DNA of 64,000 nucleotides, from NCBI RefSeq assembly GCF_009834535.1, contig NC_045698.1:4652001-4716000 (forward strand). Direction: 5' to 3'. Positions 36,865 to 49,385 of this stretch are shown here, one piece after another. The position numbers were made by a program, and so were the translations under genes. Below the pieces are notes generated by a model. It saw nothing but the letters and a program-made list of their open reading frames with translations, was not told the origin of the DNA and made no database searches. The DNA comes from Camelus ferus (taxonomy: Eukaryota). Each line of letters opens with the position of its first letter. Positions within the stretch are counted from its first letter, which is position 1.

Positions 36865-37880
36865 AACTAACGTGGCATAATAAATCACTCTAAAGCATGG
36901 CGGCTTGAGGGATGTGCGTGTCTGTTGTTCTTGCAGTGTTTACGTGTGAGGGTCTGAGAGTGGCTCAGTCGGGTGATTCTGGCCTGGGAAGCTCGTCTGA
37001 GGTTTCAGTCAAGATGTCGGCCAGGGCCGTGTCCTCTGAAGACCTGACTGGAGATGCTGGGCTCACTTCCCAGGTAGCTACTTCTCATGGCTGGCGAGCT
37101 GGTGCTGACTGCTGGCTGGAGGCTCCAGGTCCTTCCCACTGCGACTTTCTGTAGTGTGTTTAGGGCGTGACAGCTGGCTTCCCCCAGAGCAAGAAAACTG
37201 AGAGGGGGGCCGAGAGAGGCAAGGAGAAGTTATCCATTTTATGACCTTACTTTGTGGTCCGACAGCATCCCTGCACTAGTTACATACTGCTCTGTAACAA
37301 ATTACCCTCACTTAGCAGCTTAAGAAAACACACATTTATCATCTCACAGCGCCTTTGGGTCCTGGCGTCTTAGCTGATTCCTCTGATTCAGGGTTTCTCA
37401 GGAGGCTGCAGTCAAGGTGTCGGCCAGGGCTGGATTCCATCTCAGTCTCGATGGGGAAAGATTGTCTTCCAAGTTCACATGGTTGTCAACATGATTCAGC
37501 TCCTTGCTGCCTGTTGGCGGGAGGCTGCGCCCCGTTCCTTACCCTGTGGTCCTCTTTAATGAGGTCACCTTATCAAAGCCATGCCAGGAGAGTGTCAGCG
37601 AGAGCCTCCCAGCGAGACGGAAGTTAAAGCCCTACGTATCACAGCCACAGAAGTGACAGCCCACCGCCTCTGCCCTTTCTGCTGGTTGGAAGCCAGTCAG
37701 GGGAGAGGACTGCATGCAGGCGCGGCTGTCAGGAGGGGCGATCGTGGAGTCTGTCTCCACCGTCCCTTCTGCGATGCCAGACTCTATTCACATAAAGTCA
37801 GCCACTAAGTCTGGCCCACATTCAGGGAGGGGAATGAGGCTCCACGTTTTGAAGGGAGAGTGTCAGATAATTTATGCGCA
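36865..37880 (-). mobile_element. Two MaLR LTRs, apparently nested (MLT1G/H-like host; MLT1E/F-like insert ~37275-37720)
   Basis: Second start ctgctctgtaacaaattaccc at ~37288; the host terminus resumes at ~37785 (cactaagtctggcccacattcagggagggg). Confidence 0.6.
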
Positions 37881-38169
37881 AAATTTACAAGGCTTTGCTT
37901 TCCTGACAGAGGTAGCATATGGGTTTGGCTTTTCTCCTCCAGCCTCCTCCTTGGCTACAGAGCTGACATGAAGCCAGGAGCCGCAGCCACTCTGCAGCAT
38001 CCGTGAGACCTCAGGGAAGAGGATAAATGGCCAATAAGGAGAGGGTGGGGAAGAAGGAGCTGGAAAAAGCTCGGGTCATCCAAGGCGTCCTGGAGCACCT
38101 AAGCCCAAATCAGTGACTGGCAACCTCTGGATTCTAACTGTGATTACGAATACACTTCTGGGTTTTTTA

Positions 38170-38345
38170 AAAAAAAGTACTTTTTATTTTGAAATAGTTT
38201 AAGACTCACAGGAAGCGGCAAAGACAGCACAGGAACCCCCACCCTCATCTTGCGTGGTCTTACATACCCACAGCACACGGTCAAGGTCGGGAAACTGACC
38301 CTGGCCGAGCGGTGTGAGCTCGACTACAGCCTAATTCGGATTTAA
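38170..38345 (-). mobile_element. L1MC-type 3' tip
   Basis: ttttattttgaaatagtttaagactcacaggaag...caaggtcgggaaactgac. Confidence 0.55.
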
Positions 38346-40092
38346 CCGTAAGTTTCTATTTTTAAACATCATGGCTGATTGAATTTCTCTCTAATTTGCA
38401 GCCTAAGTGTTCATAACTGATTCATTCTGAAACTGTGAATATATAGACATACAGAGACACCATTTTTGACATTCTGGTTGGCTTGTCAGGAGACAGACAC
38501 TTGGAACGTTTACTTTTTTAAAGTATTTGATGGGAGTTCCTGTCTGACCAGCAGAGCACAGAAATGGACTTGTTTCGATGGTTGTCACAGAACAGAGGAT
38601 GTGTGATATGTACACCCTAGAACAGAAGTTTTCCAGACGGGAACTGTTAGAAACCTCTCCCCTGAATTCACATGGGTGTCCTCTCATCTCCTTCTCTTCT
38701 TGTTCCATCTAAATGACTATCTTCAAATGGTCCCATTAGAGTTTCTGCCCTGGGAGAGCGCGAGGCTCCCCACATCCTGCAAAATACATCTTTCCATCCC
38801 CCATGGGTAGCAGGGCCCAGCATAGCGTAGGCGCTCAGTAAGAGTGTGTTAAGTGAACAAGTGAATAAAAATGGCATTGTGTTCAGTGTGTGATGAGGGC
38901 AAGTGAGCACCACTGTGATGTCACCGCTATTGTCACCTGAATACAGCTCATTCCTAGGCCCCGTAGTTTCCCTTTGGGCTATTCATCCACATTTTCCTTC
39001 CCTGACTTCCCATGGGGAGGGTTTGCTGTGCTGGCGGGAGGTGGCCAATCAGGCCTTGGCCTGCATGGCTGGCGTTGGCCAGGGGCCGCCTTTCAGATGC
39101 CCCCGGGGTGGTTCTGAGAGCACTAGGGGGAGGGGCTTCTACTCTACCTCATTTCTCCCCCCCAAGGATGACTGCTCCCTGATGCCCCCCGTGTAGGGGC
39201 ACGACGCAACCCAAACACCTATGCTACTGTGCTTCTAGATTGGTTTAGTTTTAGGTCCTTCCAAAGCAGCAGTGGGAGCCTGGGAGCTGCTCTTTTCCAA
39301 AGTGATGGGGATGAGGCTGTCTCTGCAGAGAAAGACCTGAAAGTGTAGTGAGCCTGGAGCAGGGCTGGCAGTGGCAGAGGTGGGCAAATCCTGCAAAGGG
39401 CAGCATGGGAGCACAGGCGGTGGTCGGTGTGGAAGGAGGTGAGGGCAGACGAGGACCGGGCGGAAGATGATACCACTGTCATGACTCCTGGAGACACATG
39501 TGTCTCTCTGTTTGGCCCCATTTGGAGCCACGTTTGGGGTCCTTCCCTTGGAGCACTCCACACTGGGCTGCATCACTTATGGTCTGTTCAGCTGCTAATA
39601 ACCACAAACTCAAAGTGACTGTGGCTGGACCGAGATTTATTTCTATTCCATAAGTCCAGGCCAGGTATGATTCTCCATCATATCAGGGACCTGGACACCT
39701 GTCTTTTTGTGCCACCAAGCACGACCCTCATCCTCACGGGCCAGGATGTCGCGTCAGCTACAGCATCCCCGTATTCTAGGCGGAAGGATGGAGAAAGTGT
39801 GATGTGGTGCCAGCTCTCCTCAGGTGCGTCTCTCAGTCCTTGGCTTCCGTCCTAGTGAACAGAAATTCATCACATGCTTATACCTAACTACAAGGGAGCT
39901 GGAAAATGTAGCTTTTATTCTGGAAAGCTACATGTCTGTTTCTATTTCTATAGAAACAAGAAGATAGATTTTACAAAGGGCCACCAGTAGCTTCTGTCTG
40001 AAGTACCGTGTACCTCACAGTAAACTTTACACACCTGAGAGCAAGTCTTGAAAACTGTCAGCCACAATTATCTAAATTCAGGGGCAAGAACT

Positions 40093-40520
40093 ATGTGTGG
40101 GCCAAGATTTTGCCCCACTTGCAAGCTAAAATGTTGGTAACAACATCATGGATGCTGATAGAAGACATAAAACTCCTGGAGCAGAAAAAAAGGATTTATT
40201 CCTCATGGTGGTAGCAATGGTCCAAGTATCAACACTTTTGCACCCGCCTAAGTCCCAATTCCCACAAGGCGATGCAAAGAGGACCAGGTGACCCCTGCAC
40301 ACACAGCTGATTGTGTTATGGGGGAGCGGCCCTGCGCTTCCGGAACCCGAATCTTTTAACAGTGGGAAGTAAGCATGCCTTCCCCTTTCTCTGGTGGGAG
40401 ATGCTCTATGCTCCAAGGCCATTCCTCTCTGGAACAGACAGCTGACCCAGAAAGGTGGTCAGCACTTGCAGAAATGCCAGAGGCCTGTGGAGAGCCGGCC
40501 TGCCACATTCCAGAAGCATA
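40093..40520 (-). mobile_element. ERVL LTR (LTR40-like)
   Basis: ccccacttgcaagctaa...catggatgctgatagaagaca...aactcctgg; tttatt at ~40195 is AATAAA on the minus strand. Confidence 0.6.
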
Positions 40521-43034
40521 CTGCTCAGAGAACAGTCTTCACCTCTCCAGTTAGCAGATCATCCGGCGTCTGCCATTCAACGGCTCTAAATATTTTAAGA
40601 GAATGACTTAGCAAGGTCAGGCTGGAAAATGTTTCTTTTCCCCCTGGATCTTAGTTCCTCCTGTTCTCCATCTTGTCCGTCTTGCTGCAGTGAAGATGCT
40701 ACATGGTCAAGCCTCGAAGCTCCCCCCACACTGGAGAGAGGCTACACTCAGCCAGAAGGAGGAAGCCAGGCATTTGTCTGGCGCTATGAAGTGCAGATTA
40801 ATGGTGCTTTCTGGACAGCCGCTGACCTGGGGGTGGCCCTGGGGGCTAACGGGTTTCATTATTTTCAGCACTTGCAATGCCATCTATTTATATTTTGAAA
40901 GTAATGTCAGATCATGATTTTAAAGCATTTTAAAGCCCTCATTTCTTATCATATTGGGTTTGTTGTCAGTTTCCTTTCAGGAAATCTTATTTCCAAGCCC
41001 TTCCCCTTGTCCCCTCAGGGTCCCTTCTGTTGATGCCCTGGGTGTCTCTACACGGTGTCCCTCCCTTTTCCAGGTCACCTGGGGATGAATGCAGGGGAGG
41101 GTCCTTCAATAGGACTGCCACCTCCCCTGGTGGCCTCATCGTGGAACAAGGGGAAAAGTGACCACGGCTCCATGCCTCAAAACTAGCTGTGTGTGCCAGT
41201 CACTGGTGGGGCCAAGCCGGAAAGAAACTCCTGTCTGCATTTTCCTTCCATTCACAGAGAGTCAGCTCCCATCACCGAGGCTGAGCAGCGGTCCAAAATT
41301 AGATGCTGCTGTTCTCATTTGTTAGTTAAAAATAGCTGTTCTGCATCCTTGGTGCAATCACTCAGGGGCTGTTTTCAGCAAATGTTTATGATAGAGAAAG
41401 ACATTTGCTTATTCACTGCTTATTCAAGGAGAATAGCACGTATCTGTTGTTCTCGTGCAAATAGACCACCCAGCATGCTGGTGGCAATTCAGCTGCATTG
41501 TCTTAGGCTTTGCAGGGAGGTTTTGTTACTGGGAAGCTAGTGAGGAGAGGGGGAGAGGGCACACATTTAACACGATTCTATAAAAGAGGCAATTAAACCC
41601 GGCTCCACTGGGGAGATGGCATACGGTGCTGGATAATTTTGATACAGAGGAAATGACCAGATCTTTCATTTTGAAGGGGTATAAGCCCCAAGGGGCGGCC
41701 ACCTTGAGGATTTGCAGTCCCTCCCTGAGTTCCTGTGTTTGTTGTCCCCTCTGATGTAGGATCAGAAAGGGGAGCTTCTGACTTTAGATTCAGGGCTTCC
41801 TTTATTCTCTTTCTGAGTCAGCACTGCCTGAATGTTCAAATGGGGCCACCCTCTCGCTTTGAACGGTTCCTGTCCCACCCCTGTCCCTCTGCGGTCCTCT
41901 CTGTCTTGCACCCTTCCTTAAGTCCTGCTCCCCGAGAGCCTGACTGATGGCAGAGAGGCCAGAGCTGCCCAGCTGAGGGTGGGGGAGGGCGGCCTCACCT
42001 GGGGCTTGGGTTCTTTCTATCTCTGGCAATAGTGACATGAAATGATTTTAAGGGAAATACCAATCTCGGGAATTTTAAAGTTCAATTTGCCAAGAACAGA
42101 GTCTAAAGACATTTATCTTCAAGGCAGTGTTAGCACTGAACTTTAAAAGGCCCTGGACAGAGAAAGTCTTCTTTAAAACATGGCTTTTGGATCTCAGGAT
42201 TGGCTGGCATGGGGGCTCGTCGGGGACGTGAGACTCAACCCGCCCTAAGACGGAGCACGAGAAACAGAGGCATGGGCACAGCTCCAAGCGCAGGTTTTGG
42301 CAAAAATATCTAGACTCATGGGACCTACTTCTCACTTGCTGTTCAGCAAATGGTTCGTTTTTATTGAGATATGATTGATTTGGATGTTGAAAAGCTGACG
42401 TAGGTTTAAAAGCACAATGAGCCGCAGACACAGTAATACGGACGTGAACTCTTTTTGTCCTTAAGAAGGTGTCGTGGGGAAAAACGTTTTCTCCTCTGAG
42501 GAGCAATGATGCTGCTCCTGGGCCCTCGAAGACCTGTCTAGGAGGGAGAGGGGAGTCGTGCCCTGCTGGTGAGCTACATTTGTTTTTCTAATCCTGCCAG
42601 GACTTGGGCAGCAGCAGGGAGCGTGAGTGAAGGAGCAGAAGTCTTGTGATGGAGACACGGATGACGGATGGAGGAGCTACAGTGGGGTTGGACCCCAGGG
42701 CCTGTGGCCAGTGCAGTCACACAGGGCTCCGTGCACAGACGGCCCCACGCTCGGGGGATTCTCTGCTGCTGCTGCTGAACTTCATACATTTTGAATAAGG
42801 GGCTGCACAATTCCATTTTGCTCTGGGATCTAAAAATCATGTGGCTGGTCCTGGCTACAGGAGTGGTGGGAAGGGATACAGAGGAAATGATACGCAGGAA
42901 GGAGGACGGGGGAACAGGGGCAGATGGTAGTGGAGGTGAGAGAGACTGAATGCTTAAGACAGAAGATAATATATTTTCTAGAACTTGGCAGAGGAGGAAG
43001 ACAGAGAAAAAGAGAAGAAAGGAACAAACAATTA

Positions 43035-43182
43035 TGTTTTTGGTTTTCTTTTTTGTTGTTTTTCTTGGAGGGGTAATTTGATTTATTTATTTACTTATTT
43101 TATTAATGGAGGTACTGGGGATTGAACCCAGGCCCTCACGTATGCTAGGTACGCACTCTACCACTGAGCCATATCTTGCCCC
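43035..43182 (-). mobile_element. tRNA-derived SINE, camelid vic-1-like
   Basis: Minus strand GGGGCAAGATATGGCTCAGTGGTAGAGTGCGTACCTAGCATACGTGAGGGCCTGGGTTCAATCCCCAGTACCTCCA followed by (TAAA)/A-rich tail. Confidence 0.85.
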
Positions 43183-44879
43183 ATGGTCTTGAATCATCAA
43201 GAAAAGAGAAAAGGCCTCTGTTACATGAGATACTCGCAGTGAGAAGGTGGCTGGATCCAGGCAAATCCATCCAGGTGTGGTGTGGGCGGCTTCCAAGGTG
43301 ACACTGTCTTGAAGTCAAAGAAACACAAGTGTGCTTGCAGGGTCCTCTCTCTCTATTTTTGGTCAAAGCCAATTAGGAATTGGTTTTCCTCAAATCATAC
43401 CAGCATCTTGGTTTTTCTGGGGGAGAGATTTGGTTCCCGTGTGCGTGGGGGATGGAGGGCTGAACCATATCTCCATTAAGGTTATTTCAGGAGCTTCCCA
43501 TTTTTCAGGACTTCCTGCAAAAGGTTTCAATTGCATTTCCCTTTATTCTCTGAAGGGAGTTTTGTGGTTCTCTGATTTACGTGAAGGTCAGGACAAGGTC
43601 TGCAGGTGGCCGCGGAACATAAATTATAGACCCCCTGACGTAACTGCGGGGTCAGAGCAGAACGGCGGATGCATTAGTGGAGGGCTGGTCACTCGCCTTT
43701 AAGTGCTAATTCACTTCTCAAAGGTGCAGCTGAAAGGCTCTCTGTCTCACTGCTCATTAGGCCTGAGGCTGAGCCTTTTCCATATTCATCACGGCGCTGG
43801 AGCTGCGGCTCGCTGGGAAGTGACTCACGGCTGGGGAGAATTACTCGGCAGACCAAAGTGATGGGAGGACGTGCGTGATCTTCACCTCTCAGGCAAGCAA
43901 TGCAATTACCCAGGAAACCCATGCGCGGAGCAGGAAGCCAGCTGGCTGCGTGCTTGGCATCCTTGGTGTGTCCTCGTAGCCTGGGGAGGAGGGCACAGGT
44001 CTCGGGGGTTTGCAGCCCTGCTGGGAGAGGAAACATGCAGACATTAGTCAGTAGGTCATCGGTCCGTGGTGGGGATGAGGATGCTGAGGCCCTGCCGTCC
44101 CTGGAGAACTCTCTCGGGTGCCTGACCCCTTCTCACATCAGGGTCTGTTCCTCAGAGGGGCTGTCTTGGATGACCCAGCTGGCTGTCCCCCTCCCCCGTC
44201 ACAGAAAGGCAGTGTGTGTGTCAGATTCTTGTAGAAGATGGGTCTGAAGTCAGACTTCAAGGGAAGAGGCCCATGAGGATGGCAGCATGGGGGTGACTGG
44301 GGACCACCAGGCGTCAAGGATGGTGATGGTGAGGACAGCGTAGAGCAATAGGTGAGGGAGGCAGTGGGCCCTGGGGGAGGGGCGGCAGGCAGAGCTGACA
44401 TGACTGTGGGTGGGGTCGGGGTCTCCCTCTCTTTTCATTGCCTAGAGCGATCATGGGGTCCTGGGGTCCCCACTGCAGTTTCCACGCTCAGCCTTCTGGA
44501 CAGGCGCCCCTCCAGTGAGGGTGGGGGACTCCGAGAGCAGTGTGCACCATGTCCACTCATCTCTACAGTCAGGGCGGGCACAGCTCGGGGATCCCGGGAA
44601 CAGAGATGCGGGGTGCCAGCATCCTTCCCCAGCAGCTCTCACCTGACTTCACGGGGCTGGAGGCACTGAGCTGAGCAGTAGCGACTCAGAGAGACAGAAC
44701 GCCTGGTCAACTCGTGACCTGCAGTCTGGTTGGAAAGAGAGCCACATGCAAAGCATCAGGCTTGAATGTCCCAGAGCTTCAGAGGAAGGAGGGGTAGCTG
44801 GTGTGGGGTCACAGCAGAGCTGTGTCATGGAAGAGTCAAGGCCACGAGGGTCTTGGAGCAGGTGTTCTCCTGGGGACAT

Positions 44880-45400
44880 TCTTTCACTTATTCTGCCATG
44901 AGCTCTGCTGGGTGCTGAGTGCAGCGGTGAGGGGCACAGGAAAAGAGCCAAATCTCGTGAAACTTGAAACTTTACTGGGGAGACAGACCATAAACACGTC
45001 AAGAGTAAACAATGTGATTTCAGATGCTAAGAAAATAGAACAGTGTAGGGGGGTAAGGAGTGATGGGGGAGGTGGGTAGTCAGCTGGGTCGACCAAGACG
45101 GACTCTCTGAGGCGTAGACCCTGATGGTGAGAAGGGGTCAGGCAGCCAGGAGTTCTCCAGGGGTGACGGTTGTGGGGACAGGAGTGCATGCGGCGTGTCT
45201 GGGAGGCAAGAGCGGTTCACTGTGCATCCAGCACTGTCTTAAGAGCTCCCTGTGCATTTATGCACAACCCCCTAAGGTGGGAGCAGGGATGGTTTACAGA
45301 TCAGGAGACTGAGGCTTAGAGAGGCGCCACCACCATGCTGAGGTCACAACCAGAAGTCAGTGGCGCCGTGCGTGAACATCTATCCCCTGACCCCAGGACC
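44880..45400. mobile_element. L2 fragment (~44880-45210) followed by MIR (~45220-45400)
   Basis: ctgggtgctgagtgcagcggtga...ggggagacagac; tttacagatcaggagactgaggcttagagagg. Confidence 0.6.
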
Positions 45401-45764
45401 ACCTTGCTGTCCGTTTTCCCAGTGTGAGCCCCAACACCACCTCCTCCGTGAACCCCCGGCAGCTGGAGAAGGTGCTCTGCACCCAAGCTGAGCTGCACAT
45501 GCTGAGAAGAAGCCAGGATGGTGGGACAGCCAAGCCTGTGGTGTCCCTCAAAACCCAGTCCTCCTGGAGCAGCAGCAAGGGGCCTGGGAGGGAACTTCGG
45601 ATGCCAGGGCTGAGGGGGTTGGCTCATTCTCAGCGTTCTAAGAACCACTCAAGATTTCTGATTAAGAATCACATGTGCAAAGTGGAATTTTAAGCAGTTA
45701 GGCAACAGGAGGCCTAAGGGTGTGAGGACGGGAGAGGGACTCAGGGCCAGCCTCAAGGTCGTGG

Positions 45765-46542
45765 TGTCATGGGTTGAATTGTGTCCCCACATTCGTGTGC
45801 TGAAGTCCTCATCCCCAGTACCTCGAAATGTGACCTTATATGGAAATTAGGTCTTTGCAGATGATCGTGTTACAATGAGGTCACTAGGATGGGCCTTTGG
45901 CCACTGTGGCTGGTGTCCTTACAAAAGGAGGGAGGTTTGGGCACAGACATGGAGGGAGAACGCCGCCGGGACGTGGGGCCAGAGGGCAGGGCGCACTTAC
46001 ACAAGGCAAAAGAGGCCGAAGTTTGCAGTTTGTTTCCGACCGAGTTGTGTCTCCCTCAGACGCACGTGTTGAAGCCCTGCCCCGCCAATGTGACAGCATT
46101 TGGAGGTGGGGTCAATCAGGAGGTCCTAGGGTGTGGGGCTGCTGTCCTTATGAGAACAGGAAGGGACCCCAGAGCCCCGTTAAGACACAGAGAGACGGTG
46201 GGGGTCTAAGAGCCAGAAGGGAGCCCTCCCCAGAAGCCGCGCTCGCTGACGCCTTGATCGTGGGCTTCTAGCCTCCGCAGCTGTGCGAGAAGGAGCGTCG
46301 CTAGCTTAACGTGCCCGGCCTGCGATATTTTCCCACGGCCGCCCGAGCTGGTGAAGATCCTGACGCTGCCAGGAGGCGGGGAGAGGCCTGGAACAGCTTC
46401 AGCCTCAAGTCTCAGGAGGAACCGGCCCTGCCGGCACCTTCATTTCAGACCCCTGGCCTCCAGACTGTGGGAGTATCAGGTTCCGTGACAAACGCCGCGG
46501 TGCGGGGCGCGCTGTCACAGCAGCCCCAGGGCGCCAATTCAC
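45765..46542 (+). mobile_element. MLT1C-like LTR split by a nested MLT1B-like LTR (~46025-46357)
   Basis: tgtcatgggttgaattgtgtcccc...aatgtgaccttatggaaattaggtctttgcagatg; second start gagttgtgtctccctc; host 3' half gagaggcctggaacag...cctccagactgtg. Confidence 0.7.
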
Positions 46543-47394
46543 ACAGGAAGAGTGGAGCCAGCAAGGAGACTCATTCTCGGAGCGAAAATGCCAAGCTATT
46601 TCAGGAGTAACATACCCAACAATCTTACTCAATTTTCCCCCAGTGCTTTAATGGAAATGACAATTCTAGGAAATCCAAGTGATGAATAAAGAAGATTTGA
46701 ATTTTTATTGATGGGAAAATGAGAGGCAAGATTATCTTTTAATAATAAGCCCACTTATTTGGGATTTCCTGGCGCAGCACGTGAACACACGGATACTTCC
46801 GTTTTTACAATCGCACGTGCTTCAGAAATTAAAATCCAGACGCTGCGAAACAGATCTCTGAATGTTTGTTACAAAGAATCTCACTGCTGGTTTAAAATAG
46901 TCCACGAGCCCTATATTTACATATTTTGGAATAAATTAGTTCACTTAAGAAGGGAAATATCCTTTATTTCCATTGAGTGTCATAATGTCCATCTGGGGCC
47001 TAAAAATAGTTCTTTCTCTGGGCTGTGCATATCTTATGTAACTCTTCTCTCTCAGCCTGGATGTCCCCGCCTTCAGAGGGCCTGCCAGGGTCAAGTGCGA
47101 GTTCCCAGGCCCTCACACTCTCCTTCCCTCCTCCTTACTCTCCCTGCCTCCGGTGAAGACAAGGTGAGAAGAAGGTCGGGGTCCCCCCAACAAGAGATCC
47201 CTCTGCTGAGGTCTGTGGCCCCAAGGCCTCAGAGGGACAGCAGAGCCATCGAGAAGGGACTGTCTCTTCTATTCTGAGGGACTTCAGTGGTGCATTGAGA
47301 ATTTAAGAGCATACTTTTGTCTCATCCACACATACTTCTTCTTAGCAGCTGGGGCCTGGCTTGGAAATAAAATGTGTATGTTAAAATACATTTT

Positions 47395-47985
47395 GAGTTA
47401 TATAAATAATATATAATATAAAAATTACGTTAAAATATAAAAAGTACAGAAATTATATAATTATATAAAATATATACTAAAATTTAAATATAAACAATAC
47501 ATAAATATATAAAAATATATAATGTAAATATATACAAAATATTAAAATATATAAAAATAATATATAAAATATATACTAAAATTTAAATACATAATATATA
47601 AAATACATAAAAAATAATATTAAATATATAAAATAATATATAAAATATATACTATATTTTAAATATATAAATAATATATAATATATCAAAATAATATATA
47701 ATGTAAAATATACAAAAAATTAAATATATAAAAATAATGCATTAAATACATGATATAAAATATATACTATATTTTAAATATATAATATATAAAATATATA
47801 TAACGTAAAATATATACAAAATATTAAATATATAAAAACTAAAATATAAAATATACACTATATTTTAAATATGTAAATATATAATATATAAAATAATATA
47901 TAACATTAAAATACATAAAAATAATAATATGCAAAACATATAAATATATACTATATTTAAAATATGTAAATAGTATATATGTAAC
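47395..47985. repeat. Extremely AT-rich degenerate minisatellite
   Basis: Anchor taaaatata(t/c)acta(a/t)a(a/t)tttaaata recurs at ~47465, 47565, 47641, 47756, 47847 and 47941. Confidence 0.9.
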
Positions 47986-48029
47986 GTGTACTTTAAAAAT
48001 ATTTTAAAGTCAAGAACGTGAGTGACAGA

Positions 48030-48830
48030 GGGGGCTGCTGCTCGTTTGTCGCCGTCTTAATCAGGCGCTGAAACCCTGCAGCGGGGGCGGCGACGCGCCC
48101 CTCCTGCTGCTGGCCGCCTTGAACGCCGCGCAGCCCGGCAGGACGGAGCGGGGCGTCTCCTTCCGCAGGGCCGGGCGGGGCTGGCGGGCGTCCTGCGTCC
48201 TCGGGCGCAGCTGCCCCGCGTCCCCGTGCTGGTCGCCCTCTCCCCGCGCGGCAGTGACAGAGGGAGGGCGTCGTTCAGGGGCGCAGGGAGCTGGGGTGGA
48301 GGGAGGAGTGGGGAGGCCACAGGCGGGAGTCCCTGGGGCTTTGGGGACTCTCCCCCCTTCCCCCCCCCCCCCCCCCGGTTCCGCGGCCGCGCCCCTTCGC
48401 CTGCCAGACCGTCGCTCCCACGCGCCGCGCGCCAGCGCGGGGTGGGGGTGGGGGGTTGGCGGGCTTTCGAGTGTCGCAGCCCCTCCCCGGGTGCTGCTCG
48501 TCACCGGCGCTCTGCCTCTCTGGCACGGGAGTCAGGTGCAGACGGACGTGCCGCGGTCCTGGGGTGCTGCCCTCCCCTGCTCCCCGGCCCTTCCCGGGCG
48601 CTGCGGCGGGAAGGTTCCCCTTGTTGCCTCAGCCCCTCGCGTCTGGGATCTGCGTGTGACTCAGGTCCTGGCGCGTCGGCCTTTGAGCTCGGAATCCATC
48701 GTGTCGGGGAGCGTCAGGGTGGGGCCTCCACTTCGCTGGCACAGGTGGTGCAGGTGCCGTGGAAGCTTCTGGAATAAGCAGGCCAATTCCCCGCTTGCAG
48801 CGTCCTCGTCTCGGCAGGGCTGAGCCCATC
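48030..48830. promoter_or_regulatory. CpG island, probable promoter or strong enhancer (gene not identified)
   Basis: Very high GC and CpG; GC box gggcgggg at ~48173; TGACAG motifs at ~48023 and ~48255; C17 run at 48360-48376. Confidence 0.8.
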
Positions 48831-48959
48831 TGGTCAGCAGGTTCCCTGTGCCTTCGGGAATTCTTCCTGGAAGGTCATCCTGAAATCTGATTTGCTACTT
48901 TCCCTAGGAATTCTGCGAGCATTTAATAACATAAAAATTCCCTTTTTGCCCAAGAAGCG

Positions 48960-49385
48960 TAGTGGGTACCCCCTCCCCCCTCTGAAAAAATCTGTCCATG
49001 GAAAACCGCCAGTGTGACTATTGGGAACAGAGGTCCAGACCTAACGAAGTCGAGGACTTTGAGATGAGGTCATCCTGGGTTGTCTGGGTGGACTCTTAAT
49101 CCGATGAGAACGTCCTTGTAAGAAGAAGAGGAGACAGGCACAGGGGAGGAGGCCGTGTGAAGGCGAAGGCAGAGATGGGGCCATGCAGCCACAAGCCAAG
49201 GAAGCCAGGGCAACCGGAAGCTGTAAGAGGCAGAGAGGATCTCCCTCTAGAGTCTGGAAGGAGTGCGGTCCTTGTGGGTACCGTGATTCTGGACTTCCGG
49301 TCCCTGAAACTGTGAGAGAATAAATTTCTGTTGCTTTAAACCCCTTGCTGGTGATACATATGGCAGCTTCAAGGAGCTAATAGAC
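48960..49385 (+). mobile_element. MaLR LTR (MLT1C/D-like)
   Basis: gagatgaggtcatcctggg...gaaggcagagatggg...gcagccacaagccaaggaa...aactgtgagagaataaatttctgttgctttaa. Confidence 0.8.

Noticed and set aside
41116..41135. Possible reverse CTCF site (GGCCACCAGGGGAGGTGG on the minus strand)
   Set aside because: Lacks the conserved GGC at the 3' part of the core; too weak to call.
47395..47985. Spaced recurrent motif superficially like a CRISPR array
   Set aside because: Mammalian DNA; the intervening segments are themselves AT low-complexity and mutually similar, and there are no cas genes.
48057..48829. Multiple long overlapping ORFs (up to 234 aa) in the CpG island
   Set aside because: Open on both strands because stop codons are scarce in GC-rich DNA; no homology recognised.
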